DNA of 64,000 nucleotides from Alphaproteobacteria bacterium (GTDB lineage: Bacteria; Pseudomonadota; Alphaproteobacteria; Bin95). Location: the NCBI GenBank assembly GCA_963665325.3, contig OZ224045.1:1504001-1568000 (forward strand), in the 5' to 3' direction. Below, one piece after another: positions 27,333 through 36,671 of this stretch (positions are counted from its first letter, which is position 1; the number at the start of each line of letters is the position of its first letter). The notes under the pieces were generated by a model. The model saw nothing but the letters and a program-made list of their open reading frames with translations, searched no databases and was not told the DNA's origin. Both the position numbers and the translations under genes were made by a program.

Positions 27333-27442
27333 CTCCTCATCCCGAGTAGCGGCGTCAGCCGCGTATCGAGGGAGGCGTTTCCACCGGTGCTACGGTCCTT
27401 CGATACGCACCCGCTGGTGCGGGCGCTACTCAGGATGAGGAG
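27333..27442. repeat. REP/RIME-like palindromic intergenic element
   Basis: ctcctcatcccgagtagc...gcgtatcgaggga / tccttcgatacgc...gctactcaggatgaggag inverted arms with internal small hairpins, between convergent genes. Confidence 0.8.
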
Positions 27443-27559
27443 AGGGCCGGGACGCCGAGCGGGGCGGCGCCAACGCCGCCATCCGAAATGTTCGCCGCGT
27501 TCGGCGCGGCGGCGCCAACTCATGAGTCTTAACCCGGCACCGCTGGAAAAAGCGGGGCC

Positions 27560-28582
27560 CTACACCCCGAAGGTGAAGCGGCTGCCGAGATTGGAGGCGA
27601 CGAGTCGCTCCGGCATCCGCCGGCGCATGGCCTCGATGAAGGCCGTGCCGGTGCAGTGCATCGGCACCACCACGTCGGGGGCCAGTCGCTCCAACTCGTC
27701 GATGGTGTGCTCGATATAGTCGGGCTTGGCGGTCGTCAGGTGGAAGCCGCCGATGACGGCGTGGAGTTTGTCGATGCCGGAGACCGCCATCGCCGTCTTC
27801 ACGGAGTTCACGATGCCGGCATGGCCGCAGGACGAGATCACCACCAGGCCGCGGCCCCTGACGACGTAGCAGGCGGCGTGCTCCTCCGGGTGGCTGTCGC
27901 GCACGAGCTCGCCGCGCCGCTCCGCCTCGGAGAAATGGTCGTAGGGCGCCAGCATCGAGCCGCCGGTGACCTCCTCGAACGTGTCGCGGGTTATGTAGCC
28001 GGTGGTGAACGGGCCGGGCAGCGCGTGTGGGTGCGGGCAGCAGACGGGAACCACGTTCTGCGCCACCAGGCTCGTGCGGTCGGGCGCGCCCCAGCAGACA
28101 TATTCCCGCTTCCCGCCCGGCGCGGGCGGCGGGCCGGTCGGTACCCAGCGCACCGAGAATGCCTCCTCCGCGCCGACGAAGAGGGAGAGGTCGCCCTTCA
28201 TCGCCTTGCGGTGCTGCGTCACGAAGCCGTCGAGGCCGCCATAGTGGTCGCGGTGGCCGTGGCTCAGGATCAGCCCGTCGAGCCGCGCCGGGTCGATGTC
28301 CAGCAGCGAGGTGTTGCGGTTGATGATTTCGGGCGTGAAGCCGAAATCCAGCATGTATTGCGCGTTCGCGCCCTCGGCGCGCGATTCGAGATGGAGCGCC
28401 AAGCCCCATTCGCCCGCGAGCGTCGTCATCGGCCGTCCGGGGATGTGGCCCACATGCTCGATCGTCACATGCTCGTGCTCGGCGCGCGGCAGGAAGCGCT
28501 CGTAATGCGAGTCGACGACCACCCGCACCGAGAGGCGCTCCACCACGGGCGCCGTGAACGGGGTCTGCGCGGCGATGCTCAT
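27560..28582 (-). CDS. MBL-fold metallo-hydrolase (MJ0301/pterin-synthase-like group)
   Basis: GEWGLAL, LSHGHRDHYGG, SSCGHAG, IGGFHL, PMHCTG. Confidence 0.9.
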   Translation of the reverse strand: MSIAAQTPFTAPVVERLSVRVVVDSHYERFLPRAEHEHVTIEHVGHIPGRPMTTLAGEWGLALHLESRAEGANAQYMLDFGFTPEIINRNTSLLDIDPARLDGLILSHGHRDHYGGLDGFVTQHRKAMKGDLSLFVGAEEAFSVRWVPTGPPPAPGGKREYVCWGAPDRTSLVAQNVVPVCCPHPHALPGPFTTGYITRDTFEEVTGGSMLAPYDHFSEAERRGELVRDSHPEEHAACYVVRGRGLVVISSCGHAGIVNSVKTAMAVSGIDKLHAVIGGFHLTTAKPDYIEHTIDELERLAPDVVVPMHCTGTAFIEAMRRRMPERLVASNLGSRFTFGV

Positions 28583-28601
28583 CGGGTGCTCCCTCGGGAA
28601 A

Positions 28602-30563
28602 TCAATGGTCCTTGCTGCGGTCGCGGAGATAGTCCTCGGTCGTGCGCACGCGCGGGCGCTCGCCCATGGCGAAGGGGTTGTCGGTGGAATGGTACTGGGC
28701 GTTGATGCGGCAGTCGTCGCACATGCGGATCAGGCGCGAGGCGTCGGAGCTGGCGAACATGGAATGCTTGCCGGCGAGTTGCGCGACGATACGCTCCACC
28801 GTCGATTTCACGCCGAAGGGCTTGCCGCATTCGATACATTCGTAAGGCTCTTCCTCGTTGAGCACGCGCTGCTCCAGCGCGGCGTCGGAGAGGTCGAGGC
28901 GCGGCTCCAGCGCAACCGCATCCTCCGGGCAGACCTGCACGCAGAGCCCGCATTGCAGACAAGCGTCCTCCTGGAAGCGGAGCTGCGGCAGATCGGGATT
29001 GTCGCCGAGCGCACCCGACGGGCAGAGTGAGGCGCAGGCGAGGCAGAGCGTGCAGGCGTCCGTATCGACCTGAACCGAGCCGTAGGGCGCGCCTTCGGGC
29101 AGCGGCAGCATCGCGCCGGCGGGGTTGAGCGCCTGGGCCGCCAGCCGCGCGATCTGGCGGCGGGAGCCGAGCGCGAGAACGGGCTCGGCAGCGGGCTCTG
29201 CCGCCTCGCGTCCGTAGAGCGCGTCCGAGAGTGCATCGGGGTCGCCGACCTCCAGCAGGCGAAGCCGGCCCTCGCCGCCCATCGCTTCCGCCAGGGCGAG
29301 TTCCCGGCGCAGCGCGTCGTCCTCGCCGCGCGGCGGCAACAGCAGATCGACGGTGGAGAACCCGCCTGCGAGCGCGGCCAGCATTTCGGCGTGGCCGAAG
29401 CCCGCCAGCGCCTCGACCTCGAAGGGGACGGTATCGGCCGGCAGGCCGCGCCCGAAACGCGCCGAGAGAGCCACCATCTCCGCGCCAAAGCTGCGATCCG
29501 TAACCAGCAGGCGCGGCGCCTTGCCCCCGGCCTTGCGATAGGCCCCGGAAAGCGCCTCCATGCGGCGGAAGAGAGAGGCCACAGGCGGCGCATCGAAGCT
29601 GATCGCCCCGGACGGGCAGACGGCCGAGCAGGACCCGCAGCCCGCGCAGACCATGGGATCGACGGCCACATGGTCGCCCGCCGGCGAGATGGCGCCGGTC
29701 GGGCAGATGTCCAGACACTTGTTGCAGCCGCGCTGTTCGGCGCGGGAATGGGCGCAGAGGCTCTCCTCCAGCCGGACGTAGAGCGGCTTCTCGAAGGTGC
29801 CGACCGTCTGCCCGGCCTCGAACAGGGCTGCGGCGACGGCATTCGGGTCGCCGGGGTCGGCGCGGAAATAGCCCTCGCGCTTCTCGTGAGCGGGGAAGAG
29901 GGGTGTGCCGCCCGAAAGGTCGAGGATCGAGTCGCACTCGCTCTCCGCGCCGTCGCGGGGCTCGGAGAAGGCGAAGACGCCGCGCCCGCCGGGCTCCATC
30001 TGCCGGAGTCCGTCCATGCGCAGCCGGAAGCCGCCGAGCGCGCCCGTCGCTCCGCGCAGCCTGCCGACGACAACCTCGAACCGGCGGTCCACCGGCAGGT
30101 CTTCCGGCGGCTCCGAAAGCAGCACGGTGACGGACATCGGTTCGGCCAGACGCTCCGCGGCCGGCAATGCGACGGAGTCCCTGCCGACCACAAGGCAGCG
30201 CCCCTCGGATACCACGTCCACGGTCCGGGTCCCGGGCGCGGCGAGCAGCGCCTGGGCCACGAGCGCCGCCTGTTTCGGGCCGGCCTCTGCCGCTTCGTCC
30301 GACCATCCCGCACGGTCCCGGATATCGACCAGCATCGGGGCCGGCGCTTCCAGCTCCTCCGCGATCTCCTCGAACCGCGCCCACTCCTGCTGGCAGGCGA
30401 TGACTGCGTCCCCTGCCTCTATCGCCTTCGCAGCCACAGCCGCCTCCGTTGTGCAGAGCGCGCTGTGGATGCGTGAGCAGGCAATCCCGGCGCCCGCCTC
30501 GATGCTGTCCGCATCGATCGTCTGGCTGTGGGCGCAGTCGCACAAAAGCAAGGTCGCGGCCAT
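28602..30563 (-). CDS. FDH-associated multi-[4Fe-4S] protein
   Basis: LLCDC N-terminus, ACQQE, DIRDRAGW, four CxxCxxCxxxCP motifs, terminal CIECGKPF and MCDDCR. Confidence 0.92.
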   Translation of the reverse strand: MAATLLLCDCAHSQTIDADSIEAGAGIACSRIHSALCTTEAAVAAKAIEAGDAVIACQQEWARFEEIAEELEAPAPMLVDIRDRAGWSDEAAEAGPKQAALVAQALLAAPGTRTVDVVSEGRCLVVGRDSVALPAAERLAEPMSVTVLLSEPPEDLPVDRRFEVVVGRLRGATGALGGFRLRMDGLRQMEPGGRGVFAFSEPRDGAESECDSILDLSGGTPLFPAHEKREGYFRADPGDPNAVAAALFEAGQTVGTFEKPLYVRLEESLCAHSRAEQRGCNKCLDICPTGAISPAGDHVAVDPMVCAGCGSCSAVCPSGAISFDAPPVASLFRRMEALSGAYRKAGGKAPRLLVTDRSFGAEMVALSARFGRGLPADTVPFEVEALAGFGHAEMLAALAGGFSTVDLLLPPRGEDDALRRELALAEAMGGEGRLRLLEVGDPDALSDALYGREAAEPAAEPVLALGSRRQIARLAAQALNPAGAMLPLPEGAPYGSVQVDTDACTLCLACASLCPSGALGDNPDLPQLRFQEDACLQCGLCVQVCPEDAVALEPRLDLSDAALEQRVLNEEEPYECIECGKPFGVKSTVERIVAQLAGKHSMFASSDASRLIRMCDDCRINAQYHSTDNPFAMGERPRVRTTEDYLRDRSKDH

Positions 30564-30873
30564 GTCCCTGTCCTCCGCACAAGCCGCTGCGGGCCGGCTG
30601 CTGGCTTGTCGTGTTCCCGCCGTATCCGGCCGGGCGGAGAGAAATTTCGCTGGGGCCGGACGGCGGTTCCCGGGAGCATTGCCCCCGCCGCACAGCGGTT
30701 AGTATGGACCGTTTGGACCACCTGTCCAGAGCGCCGGAAATACAGGCGACAGCGATACTCCGAATACCGTTTTTTGTGTTGGCAGGGGGCCGAAAGGGGT
30801 GCATTATCCCTCTTAGGGAGCGTGCTGCTTTGCGCGGAAATTGCGGGGCGTCTTCCTGGAGGAGATCGGCACC

Positions 30874-31440
30874 ATGCCGGCGAGCGCGTTGTCATTACCG
30901 CTCGGAATTGTGCTCCGCCGGAGTCCGGCGTCGAGCCGGTGGGTAAGCTGGACCTGGACAGTAGCGGGTGTATTGCCGGGGGCAGGGCCGGCGGACTGGC
31001 GCGAGCTCAGGCGCGAGGGCGAGGCCGTCGAATACCACGCCGCCACGGTGCCGCTCGAATTCTGGGCCTCCGATGTCGAGGCCTACATGACCGGCCTCGC
31101 GGCGCGCGTGCCCGCGATCTATGTGGTCATGCGCCGGACGACCGAAGCGGATGCGCCCCATGATCTGGAAGTCGTGCTGGCCACGGCGTCCCCATACGAG
31201 GCGCAGGACTACCTGGACAGCGGCGAGGAGATCGTCGAACAGGCGCCGATGCCGGAGGGCCTGGTCGCGGTGGTGCGCGATTTCGTCGAGCGCCACCACG
31301 AGGAGGAGCCCTTCGTCAAACGCCGGCGCGACAAGCGACGGGTCGATCTCGCGGAGGACGGCAAGGGCGATGCGCGTATCCGCCAGATGTCGGATGTCTA
31401 TCGTGCGCCGAGGCGTGCAGGCGCGGAGACGGTCCAATGA
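30874..31440 (+). CDS. DUF3305-family FDH accessory protein
   Basis: SRWVSWTW..VLP, ATASPYEAQDY, FVKRRRD; position in the fdh operon. Confidence 0.85.
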   Translation: MPASALSLPLGIVLRRSPASSRWVSWTWTVAGVLPGAGPADWRELRREGEAVEYHAATVPLEFWASDVEAYMTGLAARVPAIYVVMRRTTEADAPHDLEVVLATASPYEAQDYLDSGEEIVEQAPMPEGLVAVVRDFVERHHEEEPFVKRRRDKRRVDLAEDGKGDARIRQMSDVYRAPRRAGAETVQ

Positions 31441-32057
31441 GTGCGCAGGCGGATTTCTGGGCCCGCCGCAAGGCAGCCGTGGCGGAGGAGGAGCGCGCCG
31501 CGGAAGAGGCCGGGCGCGAGGCCGCGGCCGCCGAGGAACGCAGGGCGCTGGAAGAACGCCCGGACGAGGAAGTGCTGGCTGAGTTGGAGCTGCCCGATCC
31601 CGACACCATGAAGCAGGGCGACGACTTCTCGGCATTCATGTCCGACGCGGTGCCGGAGAGGTTGCGGAAGCGGGCGCTCAGGCAGTTGTGGCGGTCCAAC
31701 CCGGTGCTCGCCAATCTCGACAATCTGGTCGATTACGGCGAGGACTACACCGACGCTGCCCTGGTCGTGGAGAACCTCCAGACCGCCTACCAGGTCGGCA
31801 AGGGGATGCTCAAGCATCTGGAGGCGATGGCCGAAGCGGCGGAGCGGGCCGCCGAAGCGGCGACCTCCGGGACCGCAGAGGACGAAGCGCGCGAGGAAAT
31901 GCAGGAGGCGGACGCGGAAGAGCCGGCGCTGGAAGCGGACGCCGGGCCGATCGCCGCGATTCACGAAGTGCCGGCACCAGAGGAGCCGCCGGTGGCGCGG
32001 GCGAAGCCCCGGATGCGGTTCGCATTCGCGGACGCCGAGCCGGGACAGGCGGCCTGA
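31437..32057 (+). CDS. DUF3306-family FDH accessory protein
   Basis: FWARRK, LPDPD, DFSAFM, RALRQLWRSNP, LVDYGEDYT. Confidence 0.87.
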   Translation: MSAQADFWARRKAAVAEEERAAEEAGREAAAAEERRALEERPDEEVLAELELPDPDTMKQGDDFSAFMSDAVPERLRKRALRQLWRSNPVLANLDNLVDYGEDYTDAALVVENLQTAYQVGKGMLKHLEAMAEAAERAAEAATSGTAEDEAREEMQEADAEEPALEADAGPIAAIHEVPAPEEPPVARAKPRMRFAFADAEPGQAA

Positions 32058-32061
32058 GGCG

Positions 32062-32685
32062 ATGGGAGAGTCGATGACGGCAGAAGCGGCATACGGCGTG
32101 GAGATCGCGGAAGAGGACCGGCTCAGGGCCGACCTCTACGATTTTCTCGGCGCGCTGCTGGCCCGGGCTCCGGAGCGGGCGCTGCTGGACAAGTCGGCTG
32201 CACTGGCCGGCGACGACGGCGAGCTCGGCCGCGCCATCCATGCGCTTGCGCGGGTCGCCGGAGCGATGACCGAAAGGGCGGTGGAGAGCGAATACACCGC
32301 ATTGTTCATCGGTGTGGGACGCGGCGAACTGCTGCCCTATGCCAGCTACTACCTGACGGGTTTCCTCAACGAAAAACCGCTGGCGACGCTGCGCAACGAC
32401 ATGGCCGGTCTCGGCATACAGCGCGCATTCGCCGTGTATGAACCCGAGGACCATATCGCCAGCCTGATGGAGATGATGGCGGGCATGATCTCCGGGCGCT
32501 TCGGCGAGCCGGTCACGCTCGAGGAGACCAGGCGGTTCTTCAACAGGCACATCGCCCCTTGGGCGGGGCATTTCTTCACGGATTTGGAAAGCGCACGGAA
32601 CTCGGTCTTCTACGCGCCCGTCGGTTCTGCGGGACGGGCGTTCATGGAGATCGAGAAAGAAGCTTTTCGAATGATGGCGGGCTAG
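32062..32685 (+). CDS. TorD/DmsD-family chaperone
   Basis: LFIGVGRGELLPYASYY, EPEDHIA, HIAPW. Confidence 0.9.
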   Translation: MGESMTAEAAYGVEIAEEDRLRADLYDFLGALLARAPERALLDKSAALAGDDGELGRAIHALARVAGAMTERAVESEYTALFIGVGRGELLPYASYYLTGFLNEKPLATLRNDMAGLGIQRAFAVYEPEDHIASLMEMMAGMISGRFGEPVTLEETRRFFNRHIAPWAGHFFTDLESARNSVFYAPVGSAGRAFMEIEKEAFRMMAG

Positions 32686-32742
32686 CCCGCAACAAGACGA
32701 CCCGTCGCGCAGACGGGCCGAACGAAGAGGAGGAGCAGACGC

Positions 32743-32934
32743 ATGAGCAGCAGAACGGACGGCGAGAAGGCCAATCGCCGGGACTTTCTGAAGCTCGCAT
32801 CGGTATCGGTGCCCGCAGCCGCGGTGGCGGTAGTGGCGGGCGGCGCGGCCGAAGCGGCGGTCCCGGACGAGAAGGGCGAGCGGATGCAGGATACCCCGCA
32901 TACGCGCGCCTATTACGAAAGCGCCCGTTTCTGA
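32743..32934 (+). CDS. Small twin-arginine FDH-region protein
   Basis: NRRDFLK Tat motif, TPHTRAYYESARF tail, GAGGAG RBS. Confidence 0.85.
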   Translation: MSSRTDGEKANRRDFLKLASVSVPAAAVAVVAGGAAEAAVPDEKGERMQDTPHTRAYYESARF

Positions 32935-33044
32935 CGGACGTGTCTCGCCGAGGCATGGCCAAAGGTTGCGAGACGCCCGGCGGCCATCGGCATGACGAAC
33001 CCGGCGGACCGGCCAGCGGCCGGAACGCCTGACGGAGGAACAAG

Positions 33045-35939
33045 ATGCTCAGGAAAAAGACCAACGGGGTTGCGAGACGCCCCCAGCGGACTTCGATCCT
33101 GCCCAACATTTCGGAGGCATCGGTCGACCGGCGGACCTTCCTGCGGGGCTCGGGCCTCGCGATCGGAGGCCTGGCCGCCATCGGTGCTGCCGGCGGCATG
33201 GTGACGAGGGCCGAAGCGCAACAGGCGGCAATGGGCGCAAGCGCGACCGCGAAGTCCGTCTGCACGCACTGCTCGGTCGGTTGCACCGTGATCGCCGAAG
33301 TCGATAACGGCGTGTGGGTCGGACAGGAACCCGGGTGGGACAGCCCGTTCAACCTCGGCGCGCATTGCGCCAAGGGCGCGGCCGTGCGCGAGCATGCGAA
33401 TGGCGAACGCCGCCTCAAATACCCCATGAAGAAAGAGGGCGGCGAGTGGAAGCGCATCAGCTGGGACCAGGCGATCGACGAGATCGGCGACGGCATGATG
33501 TCCATTCGCGAACAGAGCGGCCCGGACAGCGTCTACTGGCTGGGATCGGCGAAGTTCAGCAATGAGCAGGCCTACCTGTTCCGCAAGTTCGCGGCCTACT
33601 GGGGCACGAACAATGTGGACCACCAGGCCCGCATCTGCCACTCGACCACGGTTGCAGGCGTTGCGAACACATGGGGCTACGGCGCCATGACCAACTCCTA
33701 CAACGACATCCACAAGAGCCGTGCGATCTTCCTCATCGGCGGCAACCCCGCGGAGGCGCATCCGGTATCGCTGCTGCATGTGCTCCGGGCCAAGGAGCAG
33801 AACAACGCTCCGTTGATCGTGTGCGACCCGCGCTTCACGCGCACCGCCGCCCACGCCGACGAGTATGTCCGCTTCCGGCCTGGCACCGACGTGGCGCTCA
33901 TCTGGGGCATTCTCTGGCACATCTTCGAGAACGGGTGGGAGGACAAGGAGTTCATCCGCACCCGCGTCTGGGGCATGGACCAGATCCGCGAAGAGGTCGC
34001 CAAGTGGACGCCTGAGGAAGTGGAGCGCGTGACCGGCACGCCCGGCTCGCAGCTTCGCCGCGTCGCCCGCACGATGGCGAACAACCGTCCCGGCACCGTG
34101 ATCTGGTGCATGGGCGGCACCCAGCACACCCAAGGCAACAACAACACGCGCGCCTACTGCGTGTTGCAGCTCGCGCTGGGCAACATGGGCACCTCCGGCG
34201 GCGGCACCAACATCTTCCGCGGCCACGACAATGTGCAGGGCGCCACCGACCTCGGCATCCTGTCGCACACGCTGCCCGGCTATTACGGCCTTTCGGGCGG
34301 CGCCTGGGCCCACTGGGCGCGTGTCTGGGAAGAGGAGCTCGACTGGCTGAAGGGCCAGTTCGCGATGCTCGAAGGCGCTGACGGCAAGAAGAAGCCGCTG
34401 ATGAACCTGAAGGGCATCCCGGTGTCCCGCTGGATCGACGGCGTGCTCGAAGACAAGGCGAACATGGACCAGCCGGACAATGTCCGGGCCATGGTGCTTT
34501 GGGGCCATGCGCCGAACTCGCAGACCCGCGGCAAGGAAATGAAGACCGCGATGGAGAAGCTGGACATGCTGGTCGTGATCGACCCGTATCCCACCGTCTC
34601 CGCCGTGCTTCACGACCGCACCGACGGCGTCTATCTGCTGCCGGCCTCGACGCAGTTCGAGACCTACGGGTCCGTTACCGCATCGAACCGCTCGATCCAG
34701 TGGCGCGACAAGGTGGTGGATCCCGTGTTCGAGAGCCTGCCCGACCAGAACATCATGGCGAAGTTCGCCAAGAAGTTCGGCTGGGCGGACCGCTTCTTCC
34801 GCAACATCAAGGTGGAAGAGGGCGACGCTCCGCTGGTCGAGGACATCACGGGCGAGATCAACCGCGGCATGTGGACGATCGGCTACACCGGCCAGTCGCC
34901 GGAGCGGATCAAGCTGCATATGGCCAACCAGCACACCTTCGACAGGACGACGTTGCAGGCGGTTGGCGGTCCCGCCGACGGTGACTATTACGGCATGCCC
35001 TGGCCTTCCTGGGGTCCGCCGGAAATGGGCCACCCCGGCACGCCCAACCTCTACGACATGTCAAAGCCGGTGGCAGAAGGCGGTCTGACCTTCCGCGCCC
35101 GGTTCGGCGTGGAGCGCAACGGCGAGAACCTGCTGGCGGAAGGTGTCTATTCGGTCGGCTCCGAGATCCAGGACGGCTATCCCGAGTTCACCATGCAGAT
35201 GCTGATGGACCTCGGGTGGGACGGGGATCTGACGGACGCCGAGCGGGCGGCCATCGACGCCGTGGCAGGGCCGAAGACCAACTGGAAGACCGACCTCTCG
35301 GGCGGCATCCAGCGGGTCGCGATCAAGCATGGCTGTGCGCCGTTCGGCAACGCCAAGGCGCGGACCGTGGTGTGGAACTTCCCGGATCCGGTGCCTCTGC
35401 ACCGCGAGCCGCTCTACACCCCGCGGCGCGACCTGGTGGCGGACTATCCGACCTATGAGGACCGGAAGTTCTACCGCTTGCCGACCATGTATGCCTCGAT
35501 CCAGAAGCAGGATTTCTCGAAGGACTACCCGATGATCCTGACTTCGGGCCGCCTCGTGGAATATGAGGGCGGTGGCGAGGAATCGCGGTCGAACAAGTGG
35601 CTCGCCGAGCTCCAGCAGGACATGTTCGTGGAGGTCAACCCGAAGGACGCCAACGATCTCGGGCTGCGCAACGGCGCGCAGGTCTGGGTCGAGGGCGCGG
35701 AGGGCGCCAGGGTCAAGGTCATGGCCATGGTCACCAACCGTGTCGGTGTCGGTGTCGCCTTCATGCCCTTCCACTTCGGCGGGCATTTCGAAGGTGCGGA
35801 CCTGAGGCACAAATATCCCGAAGGTGCCGATCCCTTCGTGCTGGGCGAAAGCTCCAACACGGCGCAGACCTACGGCTATGACTCAGTCACGCAGATGCAG
35901 GAGACCAAGACCACTCTCTGCAAGATCTACGCGGCCTGA
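33045..35939 (+). CDS. fdhA: Formate dehydrogenase alpha subunit (Tat-exported, Cys-type Mo/W-bisPGD)
   Basis: DRRTFL Tat motif, CTHCSVGC...CAKG, HQARICHSTT, RGHDNVQG, SGRLVEYEG. Confidence 0.95.
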   Translation: MLRKKTNGVARRPQRTSILPNISEASVDRRTFLRGSGLAIGGLAAIGAAGGMVTRAEAQQAAMGASATAKSVCTHCSVGCTVIAEVDNGVWVGQEPGWDSPFNLGAHCAKGAAVREHANGERRLKYPMKKEGGEWKRISWDQAIDEIGDGMMSIREQSGPDSVYWLGSAKFSNEQAYLFRKFAAYWGTNNVDHQARICHSTTVAGVANTWGYGAMTNSYNDIHKSRAIFLIGGNPAEAHPVSLLHVLRAKEQNNAPLIVCDPRFTRTAAHADEYVRFRPGTDVALIWGILWHIFENGWEDKEFIRTRVWGMDQIREEVAKWTPEEVERVTGTPGSQLRRVARTMANNRPGTVIWCMGGTQHTQGNNNTRAYCVLQLALGNMGTSGGGTNIFRGHDNVQGATDLGILSHTLPGYYGLSGGAWAHWARVWEEELDWLKGQFAMLEGADGKKKPLMNLKGIPVSRWIDGVLEDKANMDQPDNVRAMVLWGHAPNSQTRGKEMKTAMEKLDMLVVIDPYPTVSAVLHDRTDGVYLLPASTQFETYGSVTASNRSIQWRDKVVDPVFESLPDQNIMAKFAKKFGWADRFFRNIKVEEGDAPLVEDITGEINRGMWTIGYTGQSPERIKLHMANQHTFDRTTLQAVGGPADGDYYGMPWPSWGPPEMGHPGTPNLYDMSKPVAEGGLTFRARFGVERNGENLLAEGVYSVGSEIQDGYPEFTMQMLMDLGWDGDLTDAERAAIDAVAGPKTNWKTDLSGGIQRVAIKHGCAPFGNAKARTVVWNFPDPVPLHREPLYTPRRDLVADYPTYEDRKFYRLPTMYASIQKQDFSKDYPMILTSGRLVEYEGGGEESRSNKWLAELQQDMFVEVNPKDANDLGLRNGAQVWVEGAEGARVKVMAMVTNRVGVGVAFMPFHFGGHFEGADLRHKYPEGADPFVLGESSNTAQTYGYDSVTQMQETKTTLCKIYAA

Positions 35940-35953
35940 GGGAGGAGAAGGAG

Positions 35954-36547
35954 ATGGCAAGAGCTAAATTTCTCTGCGACGCCGAACGTTGCATTGAATG
36001 CAACGCCTGCGTCACCGCGTGCAAGAACGAGCACGAGGTGCCGTGGGGGATCAATCGGCGCCGGGTTGTAACCATCAACGATGGCAACCCGGGCGAGCGG
36101 TCGATCTCCGTGGCGTGCATGCACTGTTCGGATGCGCCCTGCATGGCCGTGTGCCCGGTGGACTGCTTCTACCAGAACGAGGAAGGGGTGGTCCTGCACT
36201 CCAAGGACCTCTGCATCGGTTGCGGCTACTGCTTCTATGCGTGCCCGTTCGGCGCGCCGCAGTTCCCGCAGGCGGGCAATTTCGGGTCCCGGGGCAAGAT
36301 GGACAAATGCACCTTCTGCGCCGGCGGACCGGAAGAGACCCACTCGACCGCCGAGTTCGCCAAGTACGGGCGTAACCGGATCGCGGAAGGCAAGCTGCCG
36401 CTCTGCGCCGAGATGTGCTCGACCAAGGCGCTGCTGGCGGGCGACGGCGACGTCGTCTCGGGCATCTACCGCGAGCGCGTGGTGGCCCGGGGCTTCGGTT
36501 CCGGCGCCTGGGGCTGGGGCACGGCCTACGGCCAGAAGGGCTCCTGA
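35954..36547 (+). CDS. fdh3B: Formate dehydrogenase Fe-S beta subunit
   Basis: CIECNACVTACK, CMHCSDAPC, CIGCGYCFYACP, KCTFC. Confidence 0.95.
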   Translation: MARAKFLCDAERCIECNACVTACKNEHEVPWGINRRRVVTINDGNPGERSISVACMHCSDAPCMAVCPVDCFYQNEEGVVLHSKDLCIGCGYCFYACPFGAPQFPQAGNFGSRGKMDKCTFCAGGPEETHSTAEFAKYGRNRIAEGKLPLCAEMCSTKALLAGDGDVVSGIYRERVVARGFGSGAWGWGTAYGQKGS

Positions 36548-36560
36548 GGCCCTGAAGCGC

Positions 36561-36609
36561 GGCCGGTCCCGCCAGATCGGGGGACCGGCCCGCCTCCTTG
36601 TTTTTGTTG
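36561..36609 (+). terminator. Hairpin with U-rich tail between the fdh beta and gamma genes
   Basis: ggccggtccc(36561-70)/gggaccggcc(36581-90) followed by cgcctccttgtttttgttg. Confidence 0.55.
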
Positions 36610-36671
36610 CGGAAGGGGCATTGCCCCTGGCCGCCGTCGCGTCCGGTCGATTTCGTCGGGAGTCCTGGAAC

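Noticed and set aside
33620-33650. Selenocysteine recoding in FdhA
   Set aside because: The active-site codon is TGC (ARICHS) and the ORF has no in-frame TGA.
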